From the NCBI GenBank assembly GCA_964016885.1, contig OZ024743.1, positions 316,324,001-316,388,000 on the forward strand: a stretch of DNA of 64,000 nucleotides, read 5' to 3'. A program made the position numbers and the translations under genes. This document shows, piece after piece, positions 12,201-27,510 of this stretch. The stretch's first letter is position 1; each line of letters opens with the position of its first letter. The stretch is from Eledone cirrhosa. Its lineage: Eukaryota. The notes under the pieces were generated by a model, which was not told the DNA's origin, made no database searches, and worked only from the letters and a program-made list of their open reading frames with translations.

Positions 12201-15200
12201 TTTTCCTAATGCCAACCACATTTACAATGTGGAATGAGTGCTTTTTATTGTCGCACCAAAATAACCAACTGATAGATTGGAGTGGGTGCTTTTTGTCATC
12301 CCACCAACATGACCATCTTATAGGGCGGACAAGGTGTTTTTTGATAATCATTCTAGCTCTCTGTGTTCTGAGTTCAAAACTCATTGAGGTCAACTTTGCC
12401 TTTAAACCTTTTAAGGTTGATAAATAAGTACCAACTCAGTACTTTATCTCTGGAAAAAATAGGCTGTGGTCAGACCTGGAGAAAGATGGGCCATGCCAGG
12501 TTTAACTCTTTCTTTATATTTTAATTAATTAATGAAGAATTTTGGGTACAATTACTAAAATTATAATTTCATTTAGATGGTATTTGAAACATAACAAAAT
12601 GTTGCAAGGTTTTAATTTAAATGGAAACCCTTTAAAATAACTGATTTTGTTTTACAGAAACAGAGGCAGTTTCGGGTAGGTTGGTATTAAAAGGGTTAAA
12701 CATCCAAGAAACTATATATATGAAGACAGCTCACTCCAGGAGTTCAGAGCTCCTGAATTGATAGGTGTGTGTGGTTATAACATACATTAGGTGCATGGCT
12801 TAGTGGTTAGAGCAATGGGCTTGCAATCGAAAGGTTGTGAGTTCAATTCTCGGACCGGGTGATGTGTTGTTTCCTTGAGCAAGCAACTTTATTTCACATT
12901 GCTCCAGTTTACTCAGCTGTAGAAATGAGATGATAGGACTGGGATCCCTATCATTCCACTGCAAAGTGGTCGTGGAGGTGCCACGGCAAAAAAACACCTA
13001 GCCCACACTGTAAAGTGGACGTGTAGGCGCCACGGAAAAAAAAAGCACCCAGCACTCACTGTAAATGAGGTTGGTGTTAGAAAGGGCATCCAGCTGTAGA
13101 AATCAAGCCAGAATCGGTTCCCATCTAAACCCATGCTAGCGTGGAAGATAGATGTTAAACAATGATGATGAGGATTACATTACCACTGTACGGTGAGTAA
13201 GCCACTGATATAACAATACAATAATTTGTTGTCATGAAAATATACACTAATCTACCATATATAATAGAGTAGTGTATATTTTGAATTTACAACATAATCA
13301 GCCAGATCAAATACGACAAGGCACCTCGTCTGATTCTTCAACAACTTCACTAATCTACAAGGCCATAAAACCCTGCTTCAAAATATTATCTAATCTATGC
13401 TAACATGGAAAAATCATCATCAATATCACTTAACATCCACTTTCCCTGCAAGAGTTGACTGGGTCTTCACAGACCAAGTCAGTAGTGAAGTGCAACTACT
13501 GACCTCTCAGAGAAGCTGGGGAGCTTCGCATTTCACTTACATTCAGTTCCATGTTCTACCTAGTACATTTTATTGTGGCACCAGCACTAGAGAGATTCAT
13601 CTTCTTCATCTCCCATTTATTCCTGGGAGGGTCATGGGGAGCAGAGTCCGCCTTTCAGTGGGTCCTGTCAGCAGCAGCCATCTACAATTGATCTAGCTGG
13701 ATCTCCAAGCGAAACCAGCTGATCTCATGCATATTATCCAACCATTTTGCTCAGGGTCTACTCCTGCGTCTCCTGCCAATTGGTTTTGTCCGTAAAATCT
13801 GTCCAGCGATTCGTTCCTAAGACATTCTAACCAAAGTCCATAGTATCGTAGCTGTGATCTCTCAATTCAGAGAAGTAGTGGCGGAGCGACTCAGATCTAC
13901 GCACAACGTTATTCTAAAGACCCTTCCGAGGAACCCCATTTTGATTACTTGTATTTGCGATCATATTCTTTTTTTACACCGTCTTTTTTGTTGTTTTTTT
14001 ACTAGAGAGCTTGGATGTAAAAATTATAATGATGATAAAGAAACAACACACACAAAAGTGTTTTATGGCTATTTTCCCTGCTAAAGAAGGGATTAGTTAT
14101 GAGAGGTCTTATACTTATCATAGGGTCAACCCTTTTGGAGGCAATGTTTTAAGACTGAATGCTTTTCCTGGAGCCCACCATTTTAGTTACCTCTTACAAC
14201 ACTGATGTAGAAAATCTGATAAAATTTAAAAGAGACAAAAAAAATCCTTACCAGTGACAACAGGACAATATGGAGGGCAAAGGCCATCAGGATCTGGGAT
14301 ATTTCTGTTCTTCTTGGTCAAACAATTTGGTGTATCTTGGCAACCAACAACAGGAAATACCTCAAAAAGGAAAAATAATAATAATAGTGTCAGTAGATAG
14401 ACCCAGCTTGTCCATTTGATACTTGCATAGAAAGAAAAGAAGAAGAAAAGTGCACAAATTATGAACCCCTGAAGTATGAAATTTCAAGAAAAAGGAAAAT
14501 GAAAATGATGGAAGTGATACCAGTAGTTGTTGCTGCCTTAGGAGACAATCACAAAGAATTTTCATAAACTGATAAAAACTGTTCTTCCATAATGACAGTC
14601 CAAGAAGACTCCCCACTAAACAGGACGCCAAGTCCATCACGGCTATTGAACACAACACACTAAACCAGGATAAGTACCAGCCTGAGGAGCCTCTCGGCTC
14701 AAGATAGACTGTAGACTATTGCCAGTACTCATTTTCAGCTGAGTATACTGGAGCAACATGAAGTGTTTTGCTCAAGAACACAACACTCAACCCAGTCCAG
14801 GAATCGAACACATGATATTATGCCACATGTCTCCCCACATTAGTGAAGGAAAATGAATTTAAAAATAAGTATATTGTAAAGTTTTCAGTAGTACCTCAAC
14901 ATATCGGAGAACTGGAGAAATTCCTTGGATGTCTTTGATATCAACAGTCATTTTAATACTGCTGATTAGTTTCCGAAGTTTATCACAGGCCTGGGTTATT
15001 TTAATACTGGCTTCTTCACCTGTTCCATAATCTTCCTTTAGGCAAGCTTCTTTGGGAAGGCTCAGGATGGATTCAATACGAGTTGCAGGAAATACAATAT
15101 CTTCTGGTGGAATGGAGAAATATCTGGAAAATTTGGAATACTAGTTAGGAATATGAAGAAAAAAAAAAGAAACAAAAAAGCTGTTGTTATAAACCAAATA

Positions 15201-17427
15201 CAGAGTGGATTCATCAATCACATCAAGGACCTGACAACCTCCGTCATGTTGATGCCACAATAAAATGCACCCAACATACTCTGTTGTTAGGAGGGATATC
15301 CAGTCATAGAAACCATGCCAAAATGAGTAGAGAGGACTCTGATATCACATCAAGGACATGACAAGGGTAGAGAGAATGCTAAAGTTAGATCAAGTACATG
15401 ACAAAATATCTAGTGCTGGTGCTATGAGAAAATGGACCCAGTTCACCCTATAAAGTGATTGATTTTAAGGAATGGCATCCAGTCATAGAAATCATGCCAA
15501 GAAATAGTAGAGAGGTATTTTCAGTCACATCAAGAACAAGACAAGTTCTTTAGTGCTGGTGCCACAATAAAATGCACCCAGTGTACTCTGAAAGGTGGTT
15601 GGCATTTGAAAGTACATACAGCAGTAGAAATCATGTCAAAAGTAGAACATATGTAAGCACGACATGATCACTCAACCCATCTAGGACAGTAGATCTAATT
15701 AAATACTAACTAGACCTGTTACAACCCAACCATTCTAGGCCAACATGGAAAAATAGACGAACAATGATGGTGATGACTAAAGTTCTTCTCTTCTTTTTGA
15801 ATCATCCCTCCATCAAAGGTGAAACATTTTTGCCTTTTCTAATGGCTAGAATATGTGATTAGCTACACCTGCTTACGCATAGATTGCTCCACTAACTGGA
15901 GTAGTTGTGCCAACTCATTGTTGAATTAATAGTTGATCATCTGTGAAGCCACTGGTGTTCACATTGAGGTCATCTAATTAAATTAATGATCGCCACATGA
16001 GCTACTGCTTACTATAAGACAAGCAGGATTTTTATCAAAGCTTACTGCTCTAGAGCTGACATGTTCTGCTTGACTATCCTATGATAGCCATATCAAAAGC
16101 ACCTCGTGTTGGATGTGGCTCCTCACCAAGCAGGTCAGTCTTTCAACTGAGAGAGGCTAGGTGTTCAGCTTAAAGGAGCAAATATTGTGCGTCATCAGTT
16201 CGCTGAGTGAGTGGCATGGTAAACAGACACTGGGACAGACAGAGGCGCCCAAAAAGACCATCCAGTGCCAGCCAGTGAAAGCTACTACAGTTAATAATAA
16301 TTTAATAACTTACTTATCCAACATATAAGAAAGAATTTCATCCAAAATCATTCTTTTCTTGTACATTGTTGGTTTGCTGAGCCAAATAACAGCTTCACAA
16401 ATGGCGCCATCTTTAAATTTTCTCAATTCAGACTTCCCTGACCAAAATTCCCGGAATTCTTTAGCCTAGGATTAAAAGAAAATAATTAATCATTTCATTA
16501 TCATGTTTAGGATTCAAGAATCATTTTTCCTACTAACATGACTGGAGAAATAAAGGGAACTTTGGTTTTATTTCATAGAATGATAGCCAGGGATGGTATA
16601 TATTTAGATATGTTAACATTAACTTGAGGTGGTGAATTGGCAGTCATTAAAATGTAGGACAGAATGCTTTGCGGTATTCATTTCAGCTCTCTATATTCAA
16701 ATCCTGCCGAGGTCAACTTTGCCTTTTATCCATTCAAAGTTGATAAAAAATGTACCAGTCAAGTACAGAGGTTGATTCTTCTATATCTTTTTCTTATTTC
16801 CTTTCTCTCACTTTCTATCCTCCACTGGAAGAAATCTGCTATATTCAGACCTGGAGAGGAGATGGACTCTGCCAGGCTTAAAAATGCCCAATAAATACTG
16901 TATGTCAATACGGTGGCCCTATGACTCCCTCAGGAATTACAGCACCTTACCATACAACACTAACTTAACTGTTGTTTTTTATGTGAATGATGTGTCTGAG
17001 TAATAAACCACAGTGATAAATATGAAACATTGCTTGAAGTGAATTTCATAAACTTACATCAGGATGGTCAGCAGGTGGCCCTTTTTCCATAATACTATAA
17101 CAATGTTCTTCATTTGGATTTAAACCAAAGGTGAGAAACTTCATAGAATTGTCTGGCGGTTCTTCAGTAACTGACCACTACAGAAAAATTAGAATAACTA
17201 TATATTAGTAAATGCCAAACAAAGGTTTGAAAAGAGTTTTCAGTTATGTCAACATGACAACCTCCCTAGTGCTGGTGTCTCAATAAAGTGTACTCAGAGC
17301 ATGGGATTGTATGTAAGTGCGATACTTTTTAATGCATTGCTAATACCATGTATTAAAATATATATATATTACCTCAATATTTACATATCAAGGCTTAATT
17401 ATTTTGTAATACAAAATCACACTCAAA

Positions 17428-17504
<77 letters not shown>

Positions 17505-20500
17505 GTGAGGTTTTTTACAAAATGAAAAATAACCGAGGTGTCCTACATGAGTGAAAGTATAAAGAAAAAAAGATGAAAACGAAAATGCAACTGGAGTCTT
17601 ATTTTAAAAAAAATATATATATTTATTTGGTTCCTTTACCGGTTTCGCAGTTCTTCCGCTTTTCAAAAGTAGAGTTGAGATCGAGGGTCTGTGGTTTTTC
17701 TCACATCTGGTTGGTCTTTGAATGTTACTTGTTTTATATCGAAAAAAGTGGCACGAAACGCCATGTTTTTAGAGAAGTAATTTGATTGGTTGATCAATAA
17801 GTATAATAAATTTCGCGCCAGTTCGCGTTACAAAGTTCTTCAAACGGGGGGGGGGGGGGGGGGGGGAATCAGGTTGTTTTTTACATATATGAGTGAGGTT
17901 TGGTTGGTTGATGCAGTCACGTGAATAAGCACATCAGCTTTCGCGCCAGTTTGTTTGAATTTCTTTTTACTTAAAAAAAAGGGACTCACGAAGGCTTTTT
18001 TTTATAAATATAATTTGATTGGTTATAAATTAAATTATGGCTGTCACGTGAACAAGTTCATTAAATTTCGCACCAGTATTTGGGAATTTATTTTGTAGCC
18101 TTTTAGAGAATTTTATGACAAACAAAAGATAATGGTCAAGAGAAATGGGATGGGGAGAATTGTTCTGGTTCAGTGAATATGGCTGGGGTGTCAGAATTCA
18201 GACTTTCTATTGAAATAAAGAAAGTAGAGATATGTATGTTTATTTGTGTGCTTGTGTGTGTGTGTGTAGAAAGATGATTCTGTTAGTAGAAATGGGGAGG
18301 GAGCTGTGTGTGTGTGTATATGGGTGTTATGTGTGTGTGTGTGTGTGGGAGTATGTTAGGATGGAGAGAATATAGATTTTGTGTGTGTGTGTGTGTGTGT
18401 GTAGGAAAATGATTCCGTTAGTAGAAATATTTTTGAATGAACACATTTTCCTTATTTATTCATATTTGTTAAGGTTTATTTAGTTCGGGTTTTTATTTTC
18501 TAAAGTAGGTGTTATGTGTGTGTGCCTGTTTGAAAAACCACAGACCCTCCATCTCAACTCTACTTTTGAAAAGCAGAAGAACTGCGAAACCGGTAAAGGA
18601 ACCAAATAAATATATATATTTTTTTTTAAATAAGACTCCAGTTGCATTTTTGATTTCATTTTTTTTCTTTATATATATATATGTATGCAGTAGATGTACA
18701 GGGAAATTAGACAGTAGAAGTCGCACTGATAGACACATTTTTCAAATGCGAGAGGGCGCTATAGAAGTGGTGGATAGCTTCCGGTACCTAGGAGATCAGA
18801 TTATCATGGGAGGAGGGTGTTCCGAGGCCATAGTATCTAGAATAAGGACGGGTTGGAAGAAGTTTAGGGAGCTGCTTCCTCTGTTGACGAAGAAGGGTTT
18901 CTCCCTGCGTACGAAAGGCCGGTTGTATGATGCCTGTGTGAGGAGCGCGATGCTGCATGGTAGTGAGACATGGGCAGCAACCGCAGAGGATATGCGACGG
19001 CTGGAGAGAAATGAGGCAAGCATGCTCCATTGGATGTGCAATGAAAATGTGCGTGAACGACCCAGCATAAATGTGTTGAGAGAGAAACTGTGTCTGAGAG
19101 GGATAGAATGTAGTGTACGGGAGAGGAGACTGAGGTGGTATGGACATGTGATGCGCATGGAGGATGGCCGATGGGTGAAGAAGTGCCAGGAAATGCCAGT
19201 TGAAGGAAGACGTGGTAGAGGTAGACCACGAAAAACATGGGCGGAGGTGGTGAGAACAGACCTCAGATCATTGAAGCTCACGGTGGAGATGACGAGGGAC
19301 CGTGACGAGTGAAGAGATGCTGTGCTGAATAAGACCCGTCCCACCCTTGCAAGCAGGGAAAAGCGGACGTAAAATGATGATGATGATGATGATGATAATT
19401 ATCACTGTGACCACGATCGAACATTCCTGACAAAGTCTCTCCACAATTAACAATTTCCCATTGCTCCTTACTGAGGTTTGTATCATCTGAGAGTTAACTG
19501 ATCAATGAATATACGAGCAAGTCTCCCTCTACTGTGTCTCCCGTGAGTAGTAGCTTGTGTATAACTTCCTGCTTACTTCTCCAGCAATGTCCAACAAATT
19601 ATAACCATCTTTGAACAAAGATGTATATATACATACACATGTATATATATATATATGGTCATTAAAAGTTGTTTTGGTAAAAAACAGGAGAAAGGTCTCT
19701 ACATTCATAGTGTGTAGTTACGATGCCGGTCACACAAGAAGAACATGTTTTTTTTTGCCTGCAGCATATCACATAAATGGATATTTTATCTGAAGACATC
19801 GTTCCTATACCAACAACAAATGCATATATACATCTTGGATTGCATAGGGGACCGTTGAAATAATTCTAATGAATAAATGATTTATGTATTCTCAGCATCT
19901 TTCTTAATGTTATTCTTATATAATAAAAGCGGACGTATGATGATGATATATATATATATACACATATGTTTTATACACACACAGGCTTCAAACAGTTTCT
20001 GCTTACCATTTTCATTAATAAAGTATTGGTCAGCCTTAGTCTATAGTACAAGCTATGTAATGGGAGAGAAGCAATGACCACATGGATTGTAAAATCATGC
20101 AACTATTCATATTTCCTAATAAATTATATGACTACCCCTCCGCCCCAAACAAAAAAAAACATTTTTAATTTACATATATAAGTTATGGGAATGAGCTTAG
20201 AGCTTACCTCAGAAGTGACAATAGGTTTCATTTGGAAACGGGTGACACGTTTGGACAGGACTTTATCAATAAAGTTCATTAGCTTTGGAAGGACAGCTAG
20301 GACATAAGAGCCACCAAAGTCCAGAAGATTCTGGGAAAATTGGGGTTTTGAAGATACTTCTTTCAGCACATCTGTATCACTTATACTGCAAGGAAAAAAG
20401 ACATCTCAGAAAATCTTATAATTGTACACCACATACAAATATTTCATCATCATCATCATCATCATCATCACTGTTTTACATCCATTTTCCACATTAGCAT

Positions 20501-20635
20501 GGGTTAGACGAGCTGTCCTGTTGTGAGCCAAGCCAGGTCAGATGACCGTCTTTTGCCCATATAGAACTGATCTTGGCTTGGTTTCTATGGCTGGATGCCT
20601 TTCCTAAAGCCAACCACATTAACAGTGTGTAATGG

Positions 20636-20697
<62 letters not shown>

Positions 20698-23600
20698 CCA
20701 ATGTTTTTTTTTAAATATTAGGAACATAAAAATTTGACAACATAAAAAAAAAGGGTAACTGAATATATTTCAGTAAATAATTGTAAATAATTATATATAT
20801 ATAATGGAGGCACATGGCTTAGTGGTTAGAGCATTGGCCTTGCAATCGAAAGAATGTGAGTTCAATTCTCTGACTGGGTGATATGTTGTTCCCTTGAGCA
20901 AGACACTTTATTTCACATTGCTCCAGTATACTCAGCTGTAGAAATGAGACTGGGGTCCCTATCATTCCACTGCAAAGTGGTCGTGGAGGTGCCATGGAAA
21001 ACAAGCACCCAGCCCACACTGTAAAGTGGACGTGTAGGCACCATAAAATAAAAAGCACCCAGCACTCACTGTAAATGAGGTTGGTGTTAGGAAGGGCATT
21101 CAGCTGTAGAAATGAAGCCAGAATCAGTTCCCGTCCCACCCTTGCAAGCAGGGAAAAGCGGACGTAAAATGATGATGATGATGATGATAATCTTCATCAT
21201 CTCCGTTTTATGTTCATTTTCAGGTTTGCATGGGTTAGACGCTCTGTGGCTAGATAGGACAGATGATTAGTTTCCATATGCTTCATTTTGGCATAGATTT
21301 TACAGCTTGATGCCCTTCCTAACACCAACCACTTCACAATGTGTACTGAGTGCATTTTATCATGCCATCACCACTAGCACCTGACAGATTTGACAGTATT
21401 TTTTATCCTAACACCAACACTACAACTTTACACAGTAGAATGCGTGCGTTTTATTGTGGCACCAGCACTATCACTGAACTCAGTGTATTGAGCACATGTT
21501 ATTGTGGCATCAACAGTACCAGTTTACAGTGTGGGCAGGTGCATTTTATAGTGGCACCTTTAGAATTAATATTACAGTTGAATATACATGAAGGCAGTGA
21601 CTTAGTGGTTAGATAATTAGATATGCGATTGTGAGGTTGCATGTTCAATTCTCAGAACCAGGCGATGCATTATGTCCTTGAGCAAGACACCTTATTTCAC
21701 ATTGCTCCTTCTGCCAGGAATTGCAAACAAGTAAATACTATCAGCAATAGAAACATTGTTTCCTTGGTCCAATTCCACGAGTTCCACCCAACTCGGTAAG
21801 TGAATGAGGTCTGGGATTTTGTTGATCAATATATGAAGTGTTAAAAGGCAGTAACTTCGAATAAGAACTGAATTAGTCTATAACAAACTTGTCCAACCCA
21901 TGCCAGCATAGAAAACAGAAGCAAAGTGGGGTAAATAATTAAATTTAAGAAAAAAAGGGTAACTTACTGGAATATTTGGTCATAGCGCATAGGAAATGGA
22001 ATTTTCTGAATGAAGATTGTATGGAAACAATCTCTATTGTGTGAGTCCAATATTTCAAGTGTAAGAGAAGCTTCATGTTGTAACTGGAACAACATAGTCG
22101 AATAATGAATATCAATGTCATGTATATATTATTAATAATTAACACAATATGTAAGTTTCAGATAATATTCTCATGTAAGTTCAGCATATATATTTTTGAT
22201 GAATTCATTATTAAAAAATATCATACAAAGAAAGGGTCTCAAGATCAACCTGACAAAGACTACAGTCCTTGAAAGTAGACTAGAAAAGTGGGTGTTCAGA
22301 AAGTACAATAACTAGGGTAAGAACGGGATGGAAGAAGTTCAGGGAACTATTGCCACTGCTAGCTGCAAAAGGCTTTTCCCTCAAAATGAAAGGCAGACTG
22401 TATGATACGTGTATACGAACAGCAATGTTACATGGTAGTGAGACCTGGGCGCTGAAGGTGGAAGACTTGCGTAGATAAGAAAGAAACGAAGCCTGCATGC
22501 TCCGATGGATGTGTAATAGTAATATACGCGAACGACAAAGCATAAATGAATTGAGAGACTGAGCATAAGAGGAATCAAATGCTGTGAGCAGGAGAGGCGA
22601 TTGCGTTGGTATGGACATGTGATGCGTATGAAGGATGACAGCTGCATAAAAAGGTGGAGAGGACTAGAAGTCAATGGAAACCGCGGAGTGGGGAGACCCA
22701 AGAAGACCTGGGATGAGGTGATAAAAGCCGACCTTACCCAATTACACCTCTCAAAGGTGATGACACACGACCGTGACCACTGGCGTCACGCAGTAATACA
22801 GAGTACCCAACCTCCCATGGGTACAAGCTGAAGCATATAGACAATATGCCCCACACCCTCCCACTGCATGGAGGTGCCACGGCAAAAAAGCACCCAGCTC
22901 ACACTGTAAAGTGGACGTGTAGGCGCCACGGAAAAAAGCACCCAGCACTCACTGTAAATGAGGTTGGTGTTAGGAAGGGCATCCAGCTGTAGAAATCAAG
23001 CCAAAATCAGTTCCTGTATGAGCAACGCATAGTCAGCCGACCAGACACTGCCCACAACAGGACAACCCGTCTAACCCATGCTAGCGTGGAAGAACGGACG
23101 TAAAACGGTGATGATGAATATATATACACACACACAGACATATATAGACATACACATCATCATTTAACGTCTGCTTGACTTGCTAGCAAGGGTTGGACAG
23201 GTCTTCATAGACCAAGTCAGTACTGAAGTAGGGCTACTGATCTCCCAGACAGGCTAGGGATCTGTGTCTCACTAATGTACAGTCTCACATTCTACCGAGT
23301 ACACAGGAGAGGTTGTCATGTCTTACTTAGTCTCACGTTCTCTCAAGTGAACAAGAGAGGCTGTCATGTCTTTGACACAACTGACAGGTCCTCCCAACCC
23401 TTTCTTTGACAAGCTTTCTACATCTGGACACCCTATCACCAATCACTTTACAGCATGTACTGGATCCTTTTATGCAAACACATTCATACAACACCTACAC
23501 ACCACACATAATTACACACAAACAATCACATTCATTGAGGTCTTTTTTGAGGCAATGTTTTACAGCTAAACACCCTTCCCACTGTGAACCTTTTTTTGTC

Positions 23601-26600
23601 ACGTTTTACGACATAAAGAGATATAGTGTACCTATACTAAACTGAATATATACAAGGATATGGTGTACCTATTCTAAACTGAATATACACAAGGATATGG
23701 AGTACCTATTCTAAACTGAATATATACAAGGATATGCAGTACCTATACTAAACTGAATATATACAGGGATATGCAGTACCTATACTAAACTGAATATATA
23801 CAGGGATATGGAGTACCTATACTAAACAGGATACACAGAGATATGGTGTACCTATTCTAAACAGGATACACACAGATATAGTGTACCTATACTAAAGGGG
23901 ATATATACAGGGATATGGTGTACTTATTCTAAACTGAATATATACAGTGTACTTATAGAGAATATCCAAAACATAATGAAAGCCTTACCTCTGAAAATGT
24001 ATAAGATGATAGAGCAGCTGTGAAATTAAGGAAGCCTGACGAATCGACAAAGTTCACATCAAAAGCTTCTTTAAAACTCTCTAAACTTGGCACATTTGGT
24101 TGTGGCTCCTGATTGTAGAAAGTGATCCCATCTTTAGCCCAGTTACTGTGTACTGAAGGGAAGAACAGAAAACAGAATAAGTTACACCATCATCATCATC
24201 AACACTAATTCCTCTCAATTGAAATTTACTTCTTTTATTACCATATTTCTATAGTTTAAAAATAATTTAGAATTTAGAGGGATTTAGTAATACAACTAAG
24301 TTTCTCATTATTTAGCTGGTGCTTGGAACATAACTTAACAAATGTTCTTACACAAAACTATGTCAGAAAATTTTTAGATAAATATAAATACTTTAAAATA
24401 AACAAGTCAGGGGAGAGGGGGGTCTGTATCTTAAAGCGAATGGAATAGGGACAACAAACATTTGAAGACAACCTGAAGACCATTAACATAACCTGGAATG
24501 GCTGTGAAAGAGCAGCAGTAGATCGTGTGTGTTGGGTCAACCAACAGAGGAGGACCTAACACTGAGACTAAGATTTGGAACATAAAGGTTCTTACATAAA
24601 ATAATGGGAGGTTTTGAGATAAATCATCATCATCATCATCATCATTTTATATCAGCCTCCTATGCTGGCATGGGCTGGACAATCCAAGGCCAAACAGGTC
24701 AGAGAAACCTCATTTTCTTCATACATTCCATATTTGGTATGGTTTCTATGGCTGGATGTCTTTCCTAACAGGGTGTACTGGGTGTGTTTTATCATTGCAC
24801 AAGACCAACTACTTTACAGAGTGTAGTGGGTGGATTCTATCATTCCACAAACATTGTCTTGGTGTGTAAGAGCCCGGGGCCCTCTCCACTTCATGTAGTC
24901 TCCAATCTCTTACCATATCCTGTACCACGTAAAACCACATTGGCAAGACATTCTTGAAAATTACAAAGCAGCACAACGATTGCATGACATTGAAATTTAA
25001 TATCTTTACTTTAGTTTTCTGAAAATTTTTACAATCTGTCGACTAGTATAAATACTACAAAAATTTGAATTAAGCAACCTGATTTTAGATATTTTCTGCT
25101 AAGTAATTACAGGATGTTAAAAGATAAAACCTAGAACCAAGGGTGGTTTCAGTGGGGTTGGTATGCCTAGGATTAAATAGTAACAACAACAATAGTATTA
25201 ATGAATTATAGAGTTACCAAGGTTGTAGAGAGTTGTCCGGAATACTTGGTAGCTACTCATTAATTTATTTAATCGTTTCCGTTTAACGAGATAGGCTACA
25301 TACATTGAAATAAGGAATCCAGACATAGCACCATAACCCTGTAATGGAATACAAGAAAAATAAATAAATAAAATGAAATTTCATATACAAGTTTAGCTGG
25401 CCTGATGAGGTTGCACATGGGGTTTCTCAGGTGTTTTAATGATAGGGTCCCCAGTGTTGTTCTTACTGGTCACACCTATACAAGTTTAGCTGGCCTTATA
25501 TGAGGTTGCACTGCACATGGGGTTTCTCGGGTGTTTTAACAATAGGGTCCCCAGAGCTGTTCTTACAGTTCACGCATATGTAAGTTTAGCCGGCCTCTTA
25601 CAAAGTTGTATCTCATAGGCAGTTTGTTTTACGGGTGCTTTAACGATAGGAACCGCATTTCTATTATGAAAAGCAATGTAAAATAAAGCCTTTTTCTCAA
25701 GAACATAACCTTATGATTCAGGGACCAACATCCTAACCACTAGGCCACAAAACTTCACAACAGAATGCAAGTAGTTATAGATATAGCCAATGGAACAAAT
25801 TTATTTGGCCCCCTTCATCAAAACACCAGTCATACCAGCCCCTTCTTGTTAGTGAGAATCACTGTATTTACACATGTATATGATGCACTTTTTAACCAAT
25901 CTGCCTCCATCCAATACACTAAAGGTATGGATATAATAATAAAACTCCTAATTAAATTTCAAACTTCTGACAGTAAATTCTTTACTTGATTTACTCTAAA
26001 ACACAGGCTTGGCCAAATGGTTAAAAAGTTTGCTTCACAATCATGAGGTTTGGGGTTCAATCTCAGTTTTTCTGCATCTCAAGCAAATGTCTTAATATAG
26101 CCTAGTGAGTGACATTGGATAGATGGAGACTATGTAGATGCCCATCCAAAGGACTGTATTTGAAAATCAAAGAGCCAGCCTTATCACATTAGGTATACAT
26201 GTCTATAAGAAGGGGATGGCCTGGCTGAATAGAATAAAATTCAGTTCACACTGTAATGTGATTGGTGACAGGAGGGGCATCCAGCCGTAGAAAGCTTGCC
26301 AAACAAAGAGTTGGGAAGAGACCCTTCAGTTGTGTCAAGGACATGACAGCCTCCCTAGTGTTGGTGATTTACACAATAAACATACCTGGTACACACTGTA
26401 AAGTGGTTGGTGATAGGAAGGGCATCCATCCATAGAAAGCTCACCATATAAAGAGTTGGGAGGACCCTCAGTTGTATCAAAGACATGACAACCTCTCCTG
26501 TGTACTGGGTAGAATGTGAGACCATACACAAACAAGACGACAGATCCCTGACTTGTCTGGGAGATCAGTAGCCACCACTTCAGTACTGAGAGATCCATTT

Positions 26601-27473
26601 ATTATTTTAAGAATGAATAGGGCGGTGGATTGTGGCATATAGTTACAGTACTTTATATAAGAGTTAAAATTCCCGCTGAGGTTAGCTTTGCTTTTCATCT
26701 TTACAGGGATCAATAAAATAAAATACCAGTAATATACTGGAGCCAATGTAATCGACTTTGAATTTCCCCAAAATTGTTGGCCTTGTGCCTAAATCAAAAA
26801 CATTTATCTTAAGAAAGAAAGAAAACAAACAATGCAAATAGATTCACCGTATTTAAGTCTCTTTGACGCAGCCAAACTTTCAAGAGTATTATTCCATCTT
26901 TTAACTGGCCACAGTCAGTTGAGAGGGATTCTTCAAGTAAATTTTGGTTTTCTGTGATGAGTAGGTCTTTTAAAACAGACATGTTGTAGTAAGGTGTCGG
27001 CAGCAATTGTTTCACATCCTCATCTGAAATATATAATGTAATAATGGTTCCTGATTTAAGCAGAAGGTCAACAATCTGGGGGTAGGGCATAGTCGATTAA
27101 ATCGACCCCAGTGTGTTACTGGTACTTTATTTGTTCAACCCTGTAAGGATGAAAGGCAAAACTAACTTCGGCGGGATTTGAACTCGGGATGTAAAGGGCC
27201 GTAACTATGACGCAAAGCATGTTGGCCAACGCTCTACCGATACTGTCAATTCACTAATATGATGTGTTGTATATGTAGATCTAAGTTGTTGTAGCTGTGC
27301 AGGCTGTGTGGGTAAGTTCAGAACCACAGTGTATCACATTCAGTACATGCTACCTGGAGCAAGTAACATCTACTGTAGCCTCAGGCTGATCAATGCCTTC
27401 AGTGAATTTGGTAGATGGAAACCTCTTATACATGTTTACACAAATATATATATATATATATATAGCAGATGAC

Positions 27474-27510
<37 letters not shown>

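Larger units (their letters stand above)
17500..18673. mobile_element. Non-coding PLE-derived element with inverted HHR-bearing termini, in (TA)n
   Basis: Arms 17558-17700 and 18532-18673 are reverse complements, with a one-sided extension 17500-17557 and (TA)n flanks. Confidence 0.7.

Noticed and set aside
12789-12860. tRNA gene (also 20806)
   Set aside because: The A and B boxes continue into a SINE body and tail, with no complete cloverleaf.
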